The notes under the pieces were generated by a model that saw nothing but the letters and a program-made list of their open reading frames with translations, had not been told where the DNA came from and did no database searches. The translations under genes were made by a program, and so were the position numbers. From the NCBI GenBank assembly GCA_035530075.1, contig DATKVM010000002.1, forward strand, positions 103,348 to 167,347: a stretch of DNA of 64,000 bases, given 5' to 3'. Of this stretch, positions 29,010 through 39,326 are shown in pieces. Every line of letters starts with the position of its first letter. The stretch's first letter is position 1. Source of the stretch: Patescibacteria group bacterium (GTDB lineage: Bacteria > Patescibacteriota > Microgenomatia > UM-FILTER-40-11).

Positions 29010-30200
29010 TTAGAGGATAAGAATTATCTTGTAAAGTGGCACTTTGAGGTTGTTTTTAACGATTTCCCTGTGGCTCCAGTACTCCTGGAAGCTGTGAGTT
29101 TGAGCCACTTTCACCACTTCCTCATCCAGGACAACTACAAATTTTTGGCCGGGACGCAAGTGCCGGAAATCAATCCCCTCTGCCTTCAGTCTTTCAACTA
29201 AAATTTTAGTAATGACATCGCTTAGTCTAACGCCATTTTCCTCATTAACCCAATTAGTGTAACCGCAAACAGTAAGCCAATTGGCCACTAGTTGCTCAGC
29301 CGATTTCCAAAACCAGCCCTTTTTGGGAATGACTACCTCAATTAATGTTTTCGGCTGGGTTTTTTCCTGGCTTAGTTTAGGGGTAACTACAACCACCGGC
29401 GGCGGGGTTTCAAACTCTCCCCCTTCTACCTCCGGTTTTATAACCTGTTCCGGAGCCGGAGTAGGATAAAGAGTTTGACTAATCGGGTTTTGGGTTAATT
29501 TCCTTTCTTCCTCCCTGGGAGAAGACGAAAGCAAAGCTTTCGTACCGGCAATAAGCGAACCCAAAACTAAAACGGCGCTGACACCATGGGCCAGTCGTTT
29601 ACGAAAGCTTTTCGCTTGGTTCCGCTTTTTCTCTTCCCCTGCTTCCCTCTGGACAACTGCCTGGGCTATTCCTTGGGCGATTACTAGCCCTTCAGGTGTT
29701 TGTCGCAACTGGTCCAGGCGGTGGATTTGCTTTGCTCGGGAACAAAGAGGTCCACCGTTAGCCGGCTGTCGATCAAAAACCCGACCGAAAATTCTCTTTA
29801 TCCAACCAGGTTTAGATGGGAGCCGGCTTTCTTCTTCGGCTTCTTCTTTTAGGGAAGTCGGCTTCTCAGAAGCTGCTGGAGACAAGGGTAATTGGGCGCT
29901 CTTAAGCTTGGCTATCTCTTCCTCCAGTTGAATAATCCTTTGGTCACGATCTTGGATTGCCTTACTCTCAGCTGAAATTTGGCCTTGTAGGGTTCTCGCC
30001 TCTTCCTCTCTCAGTGCCAATTCATTTTGTAGGGCTTGGTTTCGTGTCAAAAGAAATTCATTGGCCACTTTCAGCTCAATATCTATTACCGCTTCAATTG
30101 AATCCGAACCTACCTGCGCAAGCTTCTCCGCTAGCAACGAAAGATATTCCGGAGAAAGAGGAATGTCTCTTTCTCCGAGGAATAGGGGTTTCTCGGCTGA
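29010..30200 (-). CDS. coiled-coil, single-TM protein with the same C-terminal LysM-like domain as 7416..9428 and 30642..32402
   Basis: IPKKGWFWKSAE..WVNEENG..LRPGQ; start set at MSAEKP (30200). Confidence 0.7.
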   Translation of the reverse strand, partial: SAEKPLFLGERDIPLSPEYLSLLAEKLAQVGSDSIEAVIDIELKVANEFLLTRNQALQNELALREEEARTLQGQISAESKAIQDRDQRIIQLEEEIAKLKSAQLPLSPAASEKPTSLKEEAEEESRLPSKPGWIKRIFGRVFDRQPANGGPLCSRAKQIHRLDQLRQTPEGLVIAQGIAQAVVQREAGEEKKRNQAKSFRKRLAHGVSAVLVLGSLIAGTKALLSSSPREEERKLTQNPISQTLYPTPAPEQVIKPEVEGGEFETPPPVVVVTPKLSQEKTQPKTLIEVVIPKKGWFWKSAEQLVANWLTVCGYTNWVNEENGVRLSDVITKILVERLKAEGIDFRHLRPGQKFVVVLDEEVVKVAQTHSFQEYWSHREIVKNNLKVPLYKIILIL

Positions 30201-30310
30201 CATAAGAATAGAACCTTGCGTGACTGGGTTTAACATAACCCAAAAAAGAAGCAAAAGTCAAGGAGAATTGTGATTTTACTTACCATGTGCTTGAGGTTTC
30301 CCGAAAGGGA

Positions 30311-30616
30311 CTAGCGAGGTGAAACTCTTTTAGCTAGAAATTCCTCAGTGGCCGTTGTTATCGTCTCCTCCAGCAAAGACTGAGGGCTCTTGCCGGTCCT
30401 TTGAGAATAGCGTTCCTTAATTTCAAAATCGGCTTCTTCCTGAACAGAGCATTTATTAATCACTTCCAGGTCCTCTTCAGTCAGAGCGGCGGCCATTTCC
30501 GTATAGAGCTTAGTGGTCGCGTTTTTCGTAATCTCTTCCAAAACCCTGTCAATCTCCTCCTCGCTTTGTCCTTCATTCTTTAGGGTTTGAATTAATGAAT
30601 CTAGTTTTAAATTCAT
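30311..30616 (-). CDS. small acidic helical protein (DUF5663-like), paralog of 7087..7407
   Basis: 101 aa, colinear with 7087..7407. Confidence 0.75.
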   Translation of the reverse strand: MNLKLDSLIQTLKNEGQSEEEIDRVLEEITKNATTKLYTEMAAALTEEDLEVINKCSVQEEADFEIKERYSQRTGKSPQSLLEETITTATEEFLAKRVSPR

Positions 30617-30641
30617 TCTTGCTCTTTATTCAGCCGGCTAA

Positions 30642-32402
30642 CTATTTGTAAAATTCCTCGTAGATTGGCCGATAATCTTCCACCGAACCGCTCATATAAA
30701 TTCTCCAAAGCAAATCACGGTTTTCGTCATTAGTAACATAATCACGCATTCGAGTTATCCCCGGCGGAATCATTCCTAAATCACGATTTTCTTTTCTCGA
30801 TAACTTCCAGGCGGCATTAATAATCGCGTCCGCTTTAGAGGCACCCGTTTCTTCGTTGACCCAGACAATCTGCCCACTGTCCTCCATAACTTTCGTAAAT
30901 GGTTCTCTCGCCGAAGCCCAAAAATCGCTCCCTTCTTTAACCTTAATTTCCATGCCTAAAAGATCATCGAGGGTTTTAATTTTTACCTTTACCTCCGGTG
31001 AGGCAGCCACAGCCGCAGTTGTTTCCGCGGCCACCGGCTGAACGACACGGACTTCTCGGCTCATCCCTGAACCGCCTAAAACGGCGGCCAAGGCCAGGGC
31101 AGCTAAAAAGACCTGTGCTCGCGGCCGAAGCCTCAAGCGCTCTCCTAAACCTTGATTTCTTTCTTGTTCTTCGGCGTTATTCCCCCGACTCAGTCTCTCT
31201 CCCGGACTTAGTCTTTGCCACCAATTACTGACGGCCTGAGAGACTCTCTCCCTCCAAGTAGCTTTTACTGGAACTGCCTCCGCGTCTAAAAGCCGATCAA
31301 TTTCTCTTCTTCTGGCTTCTTTTTCCTCAGGAGTTTCTTCTTTCTCAATTCCTCGGCCGAAAACCTCTTTAATCGCCTGCTGTTTTAACTCCGCGGCCTT
31401 CGCTGCCTGAGCCGCCTTAATTTCCTGCTGTTTTTCATCTAAGGCTTTCAAGGCGGCCGTTCCTTCGGCCGTCAGAGGACCAACCCTGGCCACCGGTTCA
31501 ACTAGTGGTTGCGGTTGCTCTTCCCTGAGAGGTTGCTCTTCTGCCAGTCGGGCGCTTGGAGTCACTACTTCTCCTTTGGCAATTTTAATTAACTGCTCAA
31601 TCACTCGAGGATTTACTTCTGATTCTGCCTGAGCTTTTTCCCCCTCGGCCACTTTCGTTAACTTCTTCTCAATCTCTGCTAACCTTTTTTGTTCGGCGGC
31701 CAGCTCTTCCTCGAGATGAAGGCTTCCTCCTTTCCTAATCTGCTCCTCAAGTCCAGCGATGGTTGTTGCTGCTTCCGCTTTATTCGCTTCCAAAACCCCC
31801 CTCGTCTCTCGCGGCATTTCGGTCTCCGGCGGCCTTGCCTCGGTTCTCGGTCTCATTGCCGCTTTTAATTCTGGTGGCATCAAATCAGGAATCTGCTGGT
31901 TAACCTTCGCGAGCCAAGATATCTCCCTCCCTAGTTCTTTCCCTAGTGGGCCAGCATTAGCCATTCCCCCTTTTTCATCAATTTGCTCCCTTAACTCTTC
32001 TATTGCTCCCTCAATTTCTTTTTTAGTCGCTTCTAATTTGGGAGTCTCCTCAAAATATCTCTGCCATTGCCCAAGAGTTTGTAAACTCTCCTTTGTTGAA
32101 GAAACTCTTGCTTCTACCTCTCTCAGGCGGTTTTGTTCGGCATTCAGCTCTTCTGCTAAATGAGAACTGCCTCCTTTTCCCATCTGCTCCTTAATCCCTG
32201 CAATCGTTACTTCCGCTTCTACTTTATCTTCTCTCAAAGTTCTCCCCACTGGAGCAACTCCCTCAAAGCCCATTACTCCTTGCAAGCTTGCCCTTTCTGC
32301 TTCAATAATGGGCCGCCAAGGCTTTGTTCCCTTCTCGGCACTCTCAACCGAAAATTCCGCTGGATTCGTATCTCTTGATCCGCCTTCGTTTTCTCCCGGC
32401 AT
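30642..32402 (-). CDS. helical-repeat membrane protein, paralog of 7416..9428
   Basis: EQMGKGGSSHL, QRYFEETPKL, NAGPL, NP.VI.QLIKIAKG shared; start set at MPGENE after AGGGG. Confidence 0.75.
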   Translation of the reverse strand: MPGENEGGSRDTNPAEFSVESAEKGTKPWRPIIEAERASLQGVMGFEGVAPVGRTLREDKVEAEVTIAGIKEQMGKGGSSHLAEELNAEQNRLREVEARVSSTKESLQTLGQWQRYFEETPKLEATKKEIEGAIEELREQIDEKGGMANAGPLGKELGREISWLAKVNQQIPDLMPPELKAAMRPRTEARPPETEMPRETRGVLEANKAEAATTIAGLEEQIRKGGSLHLEEELAAEQKRLAEIEKKLTKVAEGEKAQAESEVNPRVIEQLIKIAKGEVVTPSARLAEEQPLREEQPQPLVEPVARVGPLTAEGTAALKALDEKQQEIKAAQAAKAAELKQQAIKEVFGRGIEKEETPEEKEARRREIDRLLDAEAVPVKATWRERVSQAVSNWWQRLSPGERLSRGNNAEEQERNQGLGERLRLRPRAQVFLAALALAAVLGGSGMSREVRVVQPVAAETTAAVAASPEVKVKIKTLDDLLGMEIKVKEGSDFWASAREPFTKVMEDSGQIVWVNEETGASKADAIINAAWKLSRKENRDLGMIPPGITRMRDYVTNDENRDLLWRIYMSGSVEDYRPIYEEFYK

Positions 32403-32509
32403 TTTTCCCCTAGACAAACTCTCGCTTTGTAAATAGACCCCACAGAAGATTAACATTGTGCTTCAGGACAAGTCAAGAGTCCTATTTTCCACGAGGTCAC
32501 TCAACCAAT

Positions 32510-33439
32510 TTACAGCCCGTAATTAGCCAAAGAAGTGGCCCCAATGCGAATGCGGGAAAAGCGATACGGCAAACCTAAACATTGAGGAGCTTGATTAGTG
32601 GTCACCGCTGCCCCTTGAAAACTGCCTTCTTTTAGCGCTTGCTCAACACTGGCGTTGATGCCACCATATGGATAGGCAAAGAAATGGACGGACCGGCCCA
32701 GGTGCTCCCGCAAGATATTATTGGCCGAAAAGATTTGATCTTTAATTTGAAAATCGGTCAGCTTCGTCAAATAAGGATGATTAAGAGTGTGATTGCCAGG
32801 CAAAACTAGGCCGCTGTCAACCATTTCCTTAATTTGGGCCCAGACCAAATAGCGCTCCCCGCCCACAAATTGAGAAATGACAAACAAAGTAGCCTTAATC
32901 CCCTTTTCCCGCAAGAGCGGATAAACATAGTCGTAAAAATCCCGATAGCCATCATCAAAGGTTAAGACCACCGGTTTAGTCGGCAAAGAATCGTTCCTTA
33001 TTCCCTCCACCATTTCGTCCAAACCAATAACGTGGTAACCCTTTTGCCAAAGATAGTCCATTTGGGCCCGGAAAACTGCCGGCGGCACATTAAGATAACT
33101 GGCGCCGATAGTAGCAGCGTCTTCGGCTTCCATAACGTGGTGGTACATCAGAACCGGAACGTATCGGCAAGGACCATATCTTTGGTTTACTGCCTCAAAT
33201 TGTCTTTTTCTTATGGCCGCGAGTTCCTCGAGGGTTAAGGTGGGAGTTGGGGTTGGTGGCAATAAGGTTGGTGTAGCCACTAGCGGGGAAGGAAAATGGC
33301 CCGTTTGGGGTGGTTGAGTGTCTATCAGTAGATAACTTTCTTTAGTCTTATCAAGCCAAAATTGAAAAAAAAGGCCAAAAATAACCGCGGCGGTTAAAAC
33401 CGCTAAAACAAAAATGAGAAGGCTCTTTTTCTTCACCAA
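32510..33439 (-). CDS. polysaccharide deacetylase (CE4), membrane anchored
   Basis: PVLMYHHV, LTFDDGY, NHTLNH, FAYPYG. Confidence 0.92.
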   Translation of the reverse strand: MVKKKSLLIFVLAVLTAAVIFGLFFQFWLDKTKESYLLIDTQPPQTGHFPSPLVATPTLLPPTPTPTLTLEELAAIRKRQFEAVNQRYGPCRYVPVLMYHHVMEAEDAATIGASYLNVPPAVFRAQMDYLWQKGYHVIGLDEMVEGIRNDSLPTKPVVLTFDDGYRDFYDYVYPLLREKGIKATLFVISQFVGGERYLVWAQIKEMVDSGLVLPGNHTLNHPYLTKLTDFQIKDQIFSANNILREHLGRSVHFFAYPYGGINASVEQALKEGSFQGAAVTTNQAPQCLGLPYRFSRIRIGATSLANYGL

Positions 33440-33448
33440 TTTATCTTA

Positions 33449-35488
33449 CTACTTTGAGGCAGGCTTTCGCCAAGAAGCAAAATCGCACTTCGGCCAGTTA
33501 GCGCAACCATAAAAACCCTTGCCCTTCTTGGTTTTTTTATAGACAATTTCACCGCCACATTTAGGACACTGCATTCCCTCAATCTTTTTGACATAAGGCG
33601 CTCGCCAGTCACATTCCGGAAAACGGCTGCAGGATAAAAATTTACCAAAGCGACCAATTCGGATAACCACCGACCCCGTTTTGCATTTCGGACAAGCTTC
33701 CCCCGTCGCTTCCACCTGGACGGCCACTCGCTGGGCGACCCGTTTAACCCCTTCCAGCTTCTCCGCAAAAGGCTTCCAAAACTCTCGTAAAACTGGAACT
33801 CTTTCTTTTTGGCCATTGGCAATTTCGTCCAAATTGTCTTCCATTTTAGCCGTAAATTGATAATCCAAGATGTCCGGAAAATATTCCAGCAAAAATTCGG
33901 TGACGGCTACCCCCAAGGCCGTGGGGACAAACTGACGGTCTTGTTTTTCAACATAATTCCTATCCTGAATAGTGGAAATCGTCGGCGCATAAGTAGAAGG
34001 TCGACCAATACCCAACTCTTCCAAAGTTTTAATAAGGGAGGCTTCATTAAAACGCGGCGGGGGTTGAGTGAACTTCTGTTCCGGTTTAACCTCTAAAAGT
34101 TTAAGCTCATCCCCGGCAAAAACTGCCGGCAAACTTTCGATTTTATTCCCCTCTTCGTCCGTTTCTTCCGTCTTGCCGTAAACTTTACGCCAACCGTCAA
34201 ACTTTTCCTGGGCTCCTTTAGTTTCCAGTTGATAAATATTTTTCCCGCCGTCCGCCTGGATAGTCAGAGTCGTAATTTCCGCTATTGATTGGGCCATTTG
34301 GCAAGCAACAAACCGCTTCCAAATTAAGTCATATAACTTCTCTCCATCGGCACCCATTTTGAACTTTGAACTTTGAACTTTGAACTGGACGTCCGTAGGA
34401 CGGACGGCTTCGTGGGCCTCTTGAGCTGATTTGCTTTTGGTGGCAAAAAAACGGGGCTTTTCGGGCAAATAATTTTCCCCATAAGTCTTTTTAATAAAAT
34501 TGCGGACGCTATTAACTGCCTCCATCGCTAAGTTAGTCGAGTCGGTCCGGTGATAAGTGATTAAACCGTTCTCATAAAGACCCTGAGCAACATTCATCGT
34601 TTTTCTAGATGACCAACCCAAACGGTTCGCAGCCGCTTGCTGTAAAGTCGAAGTCGTAAAGGGAGCGGTGGGATTCCTTTTAAATTCCTTTTGGTCAACC
34701 GAGGCAACTTCATATCCCGCTTTCTTAAGTTCGCCAACGATTTCCTCGGCGGCTACTCCGTCTTTAATTTCAATTTTCTCGCCATTTTTTCTAACCAGTT
34801 TGGCCAAAAATCGAGGAGCATCGGCCAAGTCACTGCCAACCAACTTTTGAAGCAGCGTTTCAATTTCCCAAAACTCCACTGGAGCAAATTTCTCAATCTC
34901 TTTTTCGCGTTCAACAATTAAACGCACCACGACTGATTGAACTCGACCGGCCGAAAGACCACGGCGAATTTTTTGCCATAAAAGTGGGGAGAGTTTATAA
35001 CCGACCAGCCGGTCCAAAACCCGCCGGGCGACTTGAGCTTCGACTAAGGCCATATTAACCGTCCCCGCTTTTTCTAAAGCGGTTTCGATGGCTGTCTGTG
35101 TAATCTCATGGAAGGTGATACGGGAGATTGGGATATTAGGAGATTGGGATATTAAGCCATTTTTTTGTTTCTTTGCCCTTAAGATCTTCGTATCTTTTTC
35201 TCTCAATATCTCCCCGACATGCCAGGCAATCGCCTCACCCTCCCGATCCGGGTCGGTCGCCAAATAAACCTTCTCCGCTTTTTGGGCGGCTTTTTTAAGC
35301 TTAGCAATGTCTTCCTGTTTCCCCTCCACGACGGTGTAATCCGGAGCAAAGGTTTCGACATCTACCCCCAGTTTTTTCTTCGGCAAATCTCGAATGTGGC
35401 CCATGGTTGCTTCAATTTGGAACTTTTTGTCTAAAAATCGACTAAGAGTTTTAGCCTTAGTGGGTGATTCAACGATAATTAAATCCAT
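33449..35488 (-). CDS. topA: DNA topoisomerase I
   Basis: IVESPTKAKT, ATDPDREGEAI, SAGRVQS, ITYHRTDS, C-terminal zinc ribbons. Confidence 0.97.
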   Translation of the reverse strand: MDLIIVESPTKAKTLSRFLDKKFQIEATMGHIRDLPKKKLGVDVETFAPDYTVVEGKQEDIAKLKKAAQKAEKVYLATDPDREGEAIAWHVGEILREKDTKILRAKKQKNGLISQSPNIPISRITFHEITQTAIETALEKAGTVNMALVEAQVARRVLDRLVGYKLSPLLWQKIRRGLSAGRVQSVVVRLIVEREKEIEKFAPVEFWEIETLLQKLVGSDLADAPRFLAKLVRKNGEKIEIKDGVAAEEIVGELKKAGYEVASVDQKEFKRNPTAPFTTSTLQQAAANRLGWSSRKTMNVAQGLYENGLITYHRTDSTNLAMEAVNSVRNFIKKTYGENYLPEKPRFFATKSKSAQEAHEAVRPTDVQFKVQSSKFKMGADGEKLYDLIWKRFVACQMAQSIAEITTLTIQADGGKNIYQLETKGAQEKFDGWRKVYGKTEETDEEGNKIESLPAVFAGDELKLLEVKPEQKFTQPPPRFNEASLIKTLEELGIGRPSTYAPTISTIQDRNYVEKQDRQFVPTALGVAVTEFLLEYFPDILDYQFTAKMEDNLDEIANGQKERVPVLREFWKPFAEKLEGVKRVAQRVAVQVEATGEACPKCKTGSVVIRIGRFGKFLSCSRFPECDWRAPYVKKIEGMQCPKCGGEIVYKKTKKGKGFYGCANWPKCDFASWRKPASK

Positions 35489-35568
35489 ACAATTTAAGAT
35501 TGTTTCATCAATTAGCCGAAAAATGCAACCGGTAATTTATTTGCTTACTACTCACTACTTACTACTTG

Positions 35569-36678
35569 CTACTTAATCCCGTACATTCCTTCCCCAAAGT
35601 TCTTTATTATACCGCGGAGTTCCAAAATTGAAAGTATGCTTCCTAACCGACCACTTTCTATTTTCAGTTTTCTGGCAATTTCATCAATATGCTGATTTTC
35701 ATTCTCCAAAATTTCCACAATCTTTAATTCATCTCCGGCTAACTCCTCCTTTGATACCTTTGATACTTTTGATACTTTTGATACTTTTGATACCTCCATA
35801 TTCAGCTCTTCCAAAATATCCTCCACACCATTTACCAGCTTGGCCCCTTTTTTAATTAACTCGGCGGTTCCCGCCGAAAGAGGTGAAGTAATCGGGCCGG
35901 GAACGGCAAAAACCTCTCGACCTTGCTCAGCGGCACAAGAGGCGGTTATAAGTGAGCCGCTGTCCTCGGCCGCTTCTGTCACCACCACCCCCAAAGACAA
36001 ACCGCTAATAATCCGATTTCTGGCTGGAAAATTTCCCGGCACTGCCTGCATCCCTAAAGGAAATTCGCTAATAATCGCCCCACCGGCCGCCACAATTCTT
36101 TCAGCCAAGTCTTTGTGTTCCGGTGGATAAATTAAATCCAAACCGCAACCCAAGACCGCGATTGTCAGACTGCCGTTGAGAAGAGCCGTTTCGTGGGCAA
36201 TCCGATCAACTCCCCGGGCCAACCCCGAAACTATCATTAAACCGGCTCCCGCCAGCCCCTCAGTTATTATTTCCGTCACTTGTCGTCCGTAAGCGGTTAC
36301 TTTCCTCGTTCCGACAACAGCGACCGCCTTTTTACTCAAAAAACCCAGTTCTCTTTGTCTGCTCTTGACGTATAAAACGGGAGGGCTACCTGCTATTTCT
36401 TTTAGCAGTTTCGGGTAATTTTCTTCTTCGGCAAAAGTTACCTTTATTCCTTTTTGCTCCAGCCGAAGGAAATACGAATTGCCGTCGAAGCTTTGCCGGA
36501 AAGAAAGAAAATTTCCTACTAGTTTCTCCCCTAACCCAATTTCCCTCAAACTTTTTTCCGGGGCGACAAAGGCCCTTTTAGCGGAACCAAAATAATCCAA
36601 AAGCAATTTGAACCTTACCGGCCCAATCCCCTGGAAAACACTAAACGCCAACCAAGCTTTCTTCTCTTCTAAGTCCAT
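35569..36678 (-). CDS. dprA: DNA processing protein DprA
   Basis: VVGTR, VSGLARGVD, FPARNRIISGLS, GREVFAVPG. Confidence 0.96.
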   Translation of the reverse strand: MDLEEKKAWLAFSVFQGIGPVRFKLLLDYFGSAKRAFVAPEKSLREIGLGEKLVGNFLSFRQSFDGNSYFLRLEQKGIKVTFAEEENYPKLLKEIAGSPPVLYVKSRQRELGFLSKKAVAVVGTRKVTAYGRQVTEIITEGLAGAGLMIVSGLARGVDRIAHETALLNGSLTIAVLGCGLDLIYPPEHKDLAERIVAAGGAIISEFPLGMQAVPGNFPARNRIISGLSLGVVVTEAAEDSGSLITASCAAEQGREVFAVPGPITSPLSAGTAELIKKGAKLVNGVEDILEELNMEVSKVSKVSKVSKVSKEELAGDELKIVEILENENQHIDEIARKLKIESGRLGSILSILELRGIIKNFGEGMYGIK

Positions 36679-36697
36679 AAACTCATTATGAGAAAAT

Positions 36698-38332
36698 TTA
36701 ATCCTTAAAATACTTTTCTAATATTTCTTTCGCAATTGGGGCCGCCACTGATGAGCCTTCCCCTCCTTTTTCCACCAGCACCGTCAGCACGATTTCCGGG
36801 TTGTCGGCCGGAGCAAAAGCGGTAAACCAAGCGTGAGAAGTTTTGTCGTCACCGGTCTCCGCTGTTCCGGTTTTACAGGCAACTTGAGGGGTAAAGCCAA
36901 AAAAGGGGTAGCCCGTTCCTCCTTCGGCGCAAGCTTCAACCATCCCCTTCTTTATGGCTTGCCAAAACTCTTTTTTTACCCCTAAATCTCGGCATTCCGC
37001 CTCGTAGGGCGTATTTTCTGCTCCCAGCTTTAACATCCTCGGCCGGCAAATTTTGCCTTCGCTCGCCACCGTGCTCGTAATTTGATTTACTTGAAGCGGG
37101 GTTAAAGCCAAATCCCCCTGACCAATCGCAATATGATAAGTATTGCCTAAGAACCAGCGCTCACCCTTAGTTTTCTCTTTCCATTCGGGATTAGCCATGA
37201 AGCCAGCCAGTTCCCCCGGCAAATCTAGCCCAGTTTTATTTTTTACCCCAAATTTTTCCGCCCAGAAGTTGAGCTTTTCAATCCCCACCATTTCCCCGAC
37301 TTTATAAAAGTAAGTGTCAACCGAACGGGCTAAGGCTTTAGCCAAATTAACCTCGCCCTCGGTTCGACCAAAGCTAGTGAAATACCAGTTTCGATATTCA
37401 AAATCGCCAATTTTAATTATTCCCGGGTCAGTAATTTGGGTCTGGGGAGTAATTTTCCCTTCTTCCAAAGCCGCTAGGGCCGTAACAATCTTAAAAGTAG
37501 AACCCGGAGCGAAAAGGCCGGCAATTGCCCGATTTAGAAGTGGGCGATTCGCCTCGTCACTGATAAGCTTTAAAATTTCATCGCTATTGCCTCCCGAAGA
37601 AAACAAGTTAGGATCGTAAGAAGGAGAGGAATACAAAATTAAGACTTCCCCATTCTGAGGATTAGTGGCTACGACCGCTCCCTTACCTTGATTTACCGTT
37701 GCTTTAGCGAAAGCGAGTGCCGCTGTTTCCTGGAGATTTTTATCTATCGCCAAAGTTAGACTTTTGCCTGCATTGGCCAAGATACGTCCCATTCGACGAA
37801 TGACTTTACCTTGAGTATCCACTTCTACCAACTCACTCCCCTCTCGACCCCGTAAAAGCGATTCATATCGAGCTTCCAAACCATCTCGACCGACTAAACT
37901 GCCTTGGCGATAACCTTTCAAATCTAATTTCCCCTCCTTAAGTTCTTTTTCAGTTACTTCCCCTAAGTAACCAAGCAAATGGCCAAAGGTCGTCGCGCTT
38001 AAATATCGGCGGCGCAAAGATAAGCGCAGTTGATTATCCCGACCTTCGGCTTGCCACTCCAACGCCTCATCGCGGGAGATAATTTTCGCCTTTTCCTCGG
38101 TGGTGGACGGCTTTTCCTCAAGGTAAACCGGTTCGTTATCCGCCAAAATTTCACCGTGCCGGTCTAAAAGCAAGCCCCGAGGCGCTTCCAGACTAAGACG
38201 GGCAATGCGGTTACTATCGGCCAAATAACGGTTCTTTTTCCCCTCAACTACTTGCAGTTGACAAAGACGCAAGAAAAAGACAATAAAAACAGCTAAGACC
38301 AAAAGAACAAATGGTCGGGTATTTTTTTTCAT
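36698..38332 (-). CDS. mrdA: penicillin-binding protein 2
   Basis: PGSTFK (SxxK), KTGTAE; in mreBCD cluster. Confidence 0.9.
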   Translation of the reverse strand: MKKNTRPFVLLVLAVFIVFFLRLCQLQVVEGKKNRYLADSNRIARLSLEAPRGLLLDRHGEILADNEPVYLEEKPSTTEEKAKIISRDEALEWQAEGRDNQLRLSLRRRYLSATTFGHLLGYLGEVTEKELKEGKLDLKGYRQGSLVGRDGLEARYESLLRGREGSELVEVDTQGKVIRRMGRILANAGKSLTLAIDKNLQETAALAFAKATVNQGKGAVVATNPQNGEVLILYSSPSYDPNLFSSGGNSDEILKLISDEANRPLLNRAIAGLFAPGSTFKIVTALAALEEGKITPQTQITDPGIIKIGDFEYRNWYFTSFGRTEGEVNLAKALARSVDTYFYKVGEMVGIEKLNFWAEKFGVKNKTGLDLPGELAGFMANPEWKEKTKGERWFLGNTYHIAIGQGDLALTPLQVNQITSTVASEGKICRPRMLKLGAENTPYEAECRDLGVKKEFWQAIKKGMVEACAEGGTGYPFFGFTPQVACKTGTAETGDDKTSHAWFTAFAPADNPEIVLTVLVEKGGEGSSVAAPIAKEILEKYFKD

Positions 38333-38333
38333 C

Positions 38334-38549
38334 TCAAAATTTCAGTTTCCCGGGCCGGTCGAAAAATTGACCGAAAACCAGCCAGAAAATGCCTCCCCAA
38401 AAAAGTATTTTTAGGCCGGTTAGTCCCAAGAGTTCTTGTTGCCCAAAATCCCAACTCAATCCCAGTGGTAATGCTAGCCAGAGCAAAACCGGCTTCTTTA
38501 CCGCCAACCAAAAAAGAATAAAACTACTAATGATAAGTTCCATCGCCAA
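38334..38549 (-). CDS. very short MreD-like membrane protein
   Basis: 71 aa hydrophobic, GLSWDF..LGL motif, between mreC and mrdA. Confidence 0.5.
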   Translation of the reverse strand: MAMELIISSFILFWLAVKKPVLLWLALPLGLSWDFGQQELLGLTGLKILFWGGIFWLVFGQFFDRPGKLKF

Positions 38550-38553
38550 TAAA

Positions 38554-39321
38554 TTAGATTTTCCCCTTAATCAAAAAAACCGTTTCTAACTCTTCCGGAT
38601 TAAAAAGCCTTTTCACTTGGGCAGACTTAAAAACCTCTCCCTTTACCACCATTACTTCTTCGACTTCTCCTACCAATAAATCACCTCCCTCAAGATTAGT
38701 TATCACTAAATCCCCTTGACTGACTTCTTCGCTGGTTAGAATCTGCTCCACCCGCATCTTTCCCTGCCCCCGCCCGACTAAAAGCCCCCTTGCCCGGGGA
38801 AAGCCGGTCGAGTCTTTCCCCGCCACTATTCTCACCATCAGTCTTTCCTCAAAAAAACTTGGTAATCGAACCTGAGCCATTTCTTCGCTTAAGCTTACTA
38901 CCTTACCGAGAAAAGTCTGGCCGGAAATGACCACCATTCCTTCTTTAACGCCTTCTTTCCTTCCCTGATCAATAGTCAGAGTTTCGTCACCCAAACCAAT
39001 CACTTTGGCCGTTAAAAATTGCCAGTTTCTGGGCAAAGGCGAAGAAAGAAGTCTTTTTTGCTCTCGATTTTCCTCGGTTAAACTGGCAATCTGAACCTTC
39101 AACTCGGCAATTGTTCTCTCGCCAGCCAAGGCGCAACCCCCCAAATCCTTTTTTAAAAATCGTTGCCAGCGAAAAATTTTCGCCTGAACCGGAATGATAA
39201 GGGCATTTTCGAATTTTCCCCGCAGGGGACGGAAAATCCCGAGAAAATTTAAAGGCAAGAGGAAAAGAAAAATCAAGAGGAGGGCAATAAATGGTTGGGG
39301 CAATGGTCGACGATTAAACAT
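38554..39321 (-). CDS. mreC: rod shape-determining protein MreC
   Basis: TM, LTEENRE, AKVIG, IDQGRKEGVKEGMVV; follows mreB. Confidence 0.85.
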   Translation of the reverse strand: MFNRRPLPQPFIALLLIFLFLLPLNFLGIFRPLRGKFENALIIPVQAKIFRWQRFLKKDLGGCALAGERTIAELKVQIASLTEENREQKRLLSSPLPRNWQFLTAKVIGLGDETLTIDQGRKEGVKEGMVVISGQTFLGKVVSLSEEMAQVRLPSFFEERLMVRIVAGKDSTGFPRARGLLVGRGQGKMRVEQILTSEEVSQGDLVITNLEGGDLLVGEVEEVMVVKGEVFKSAQVKRLFNPEELETVFLIKGKI

Positions 39322-39326
39322 AGGCC

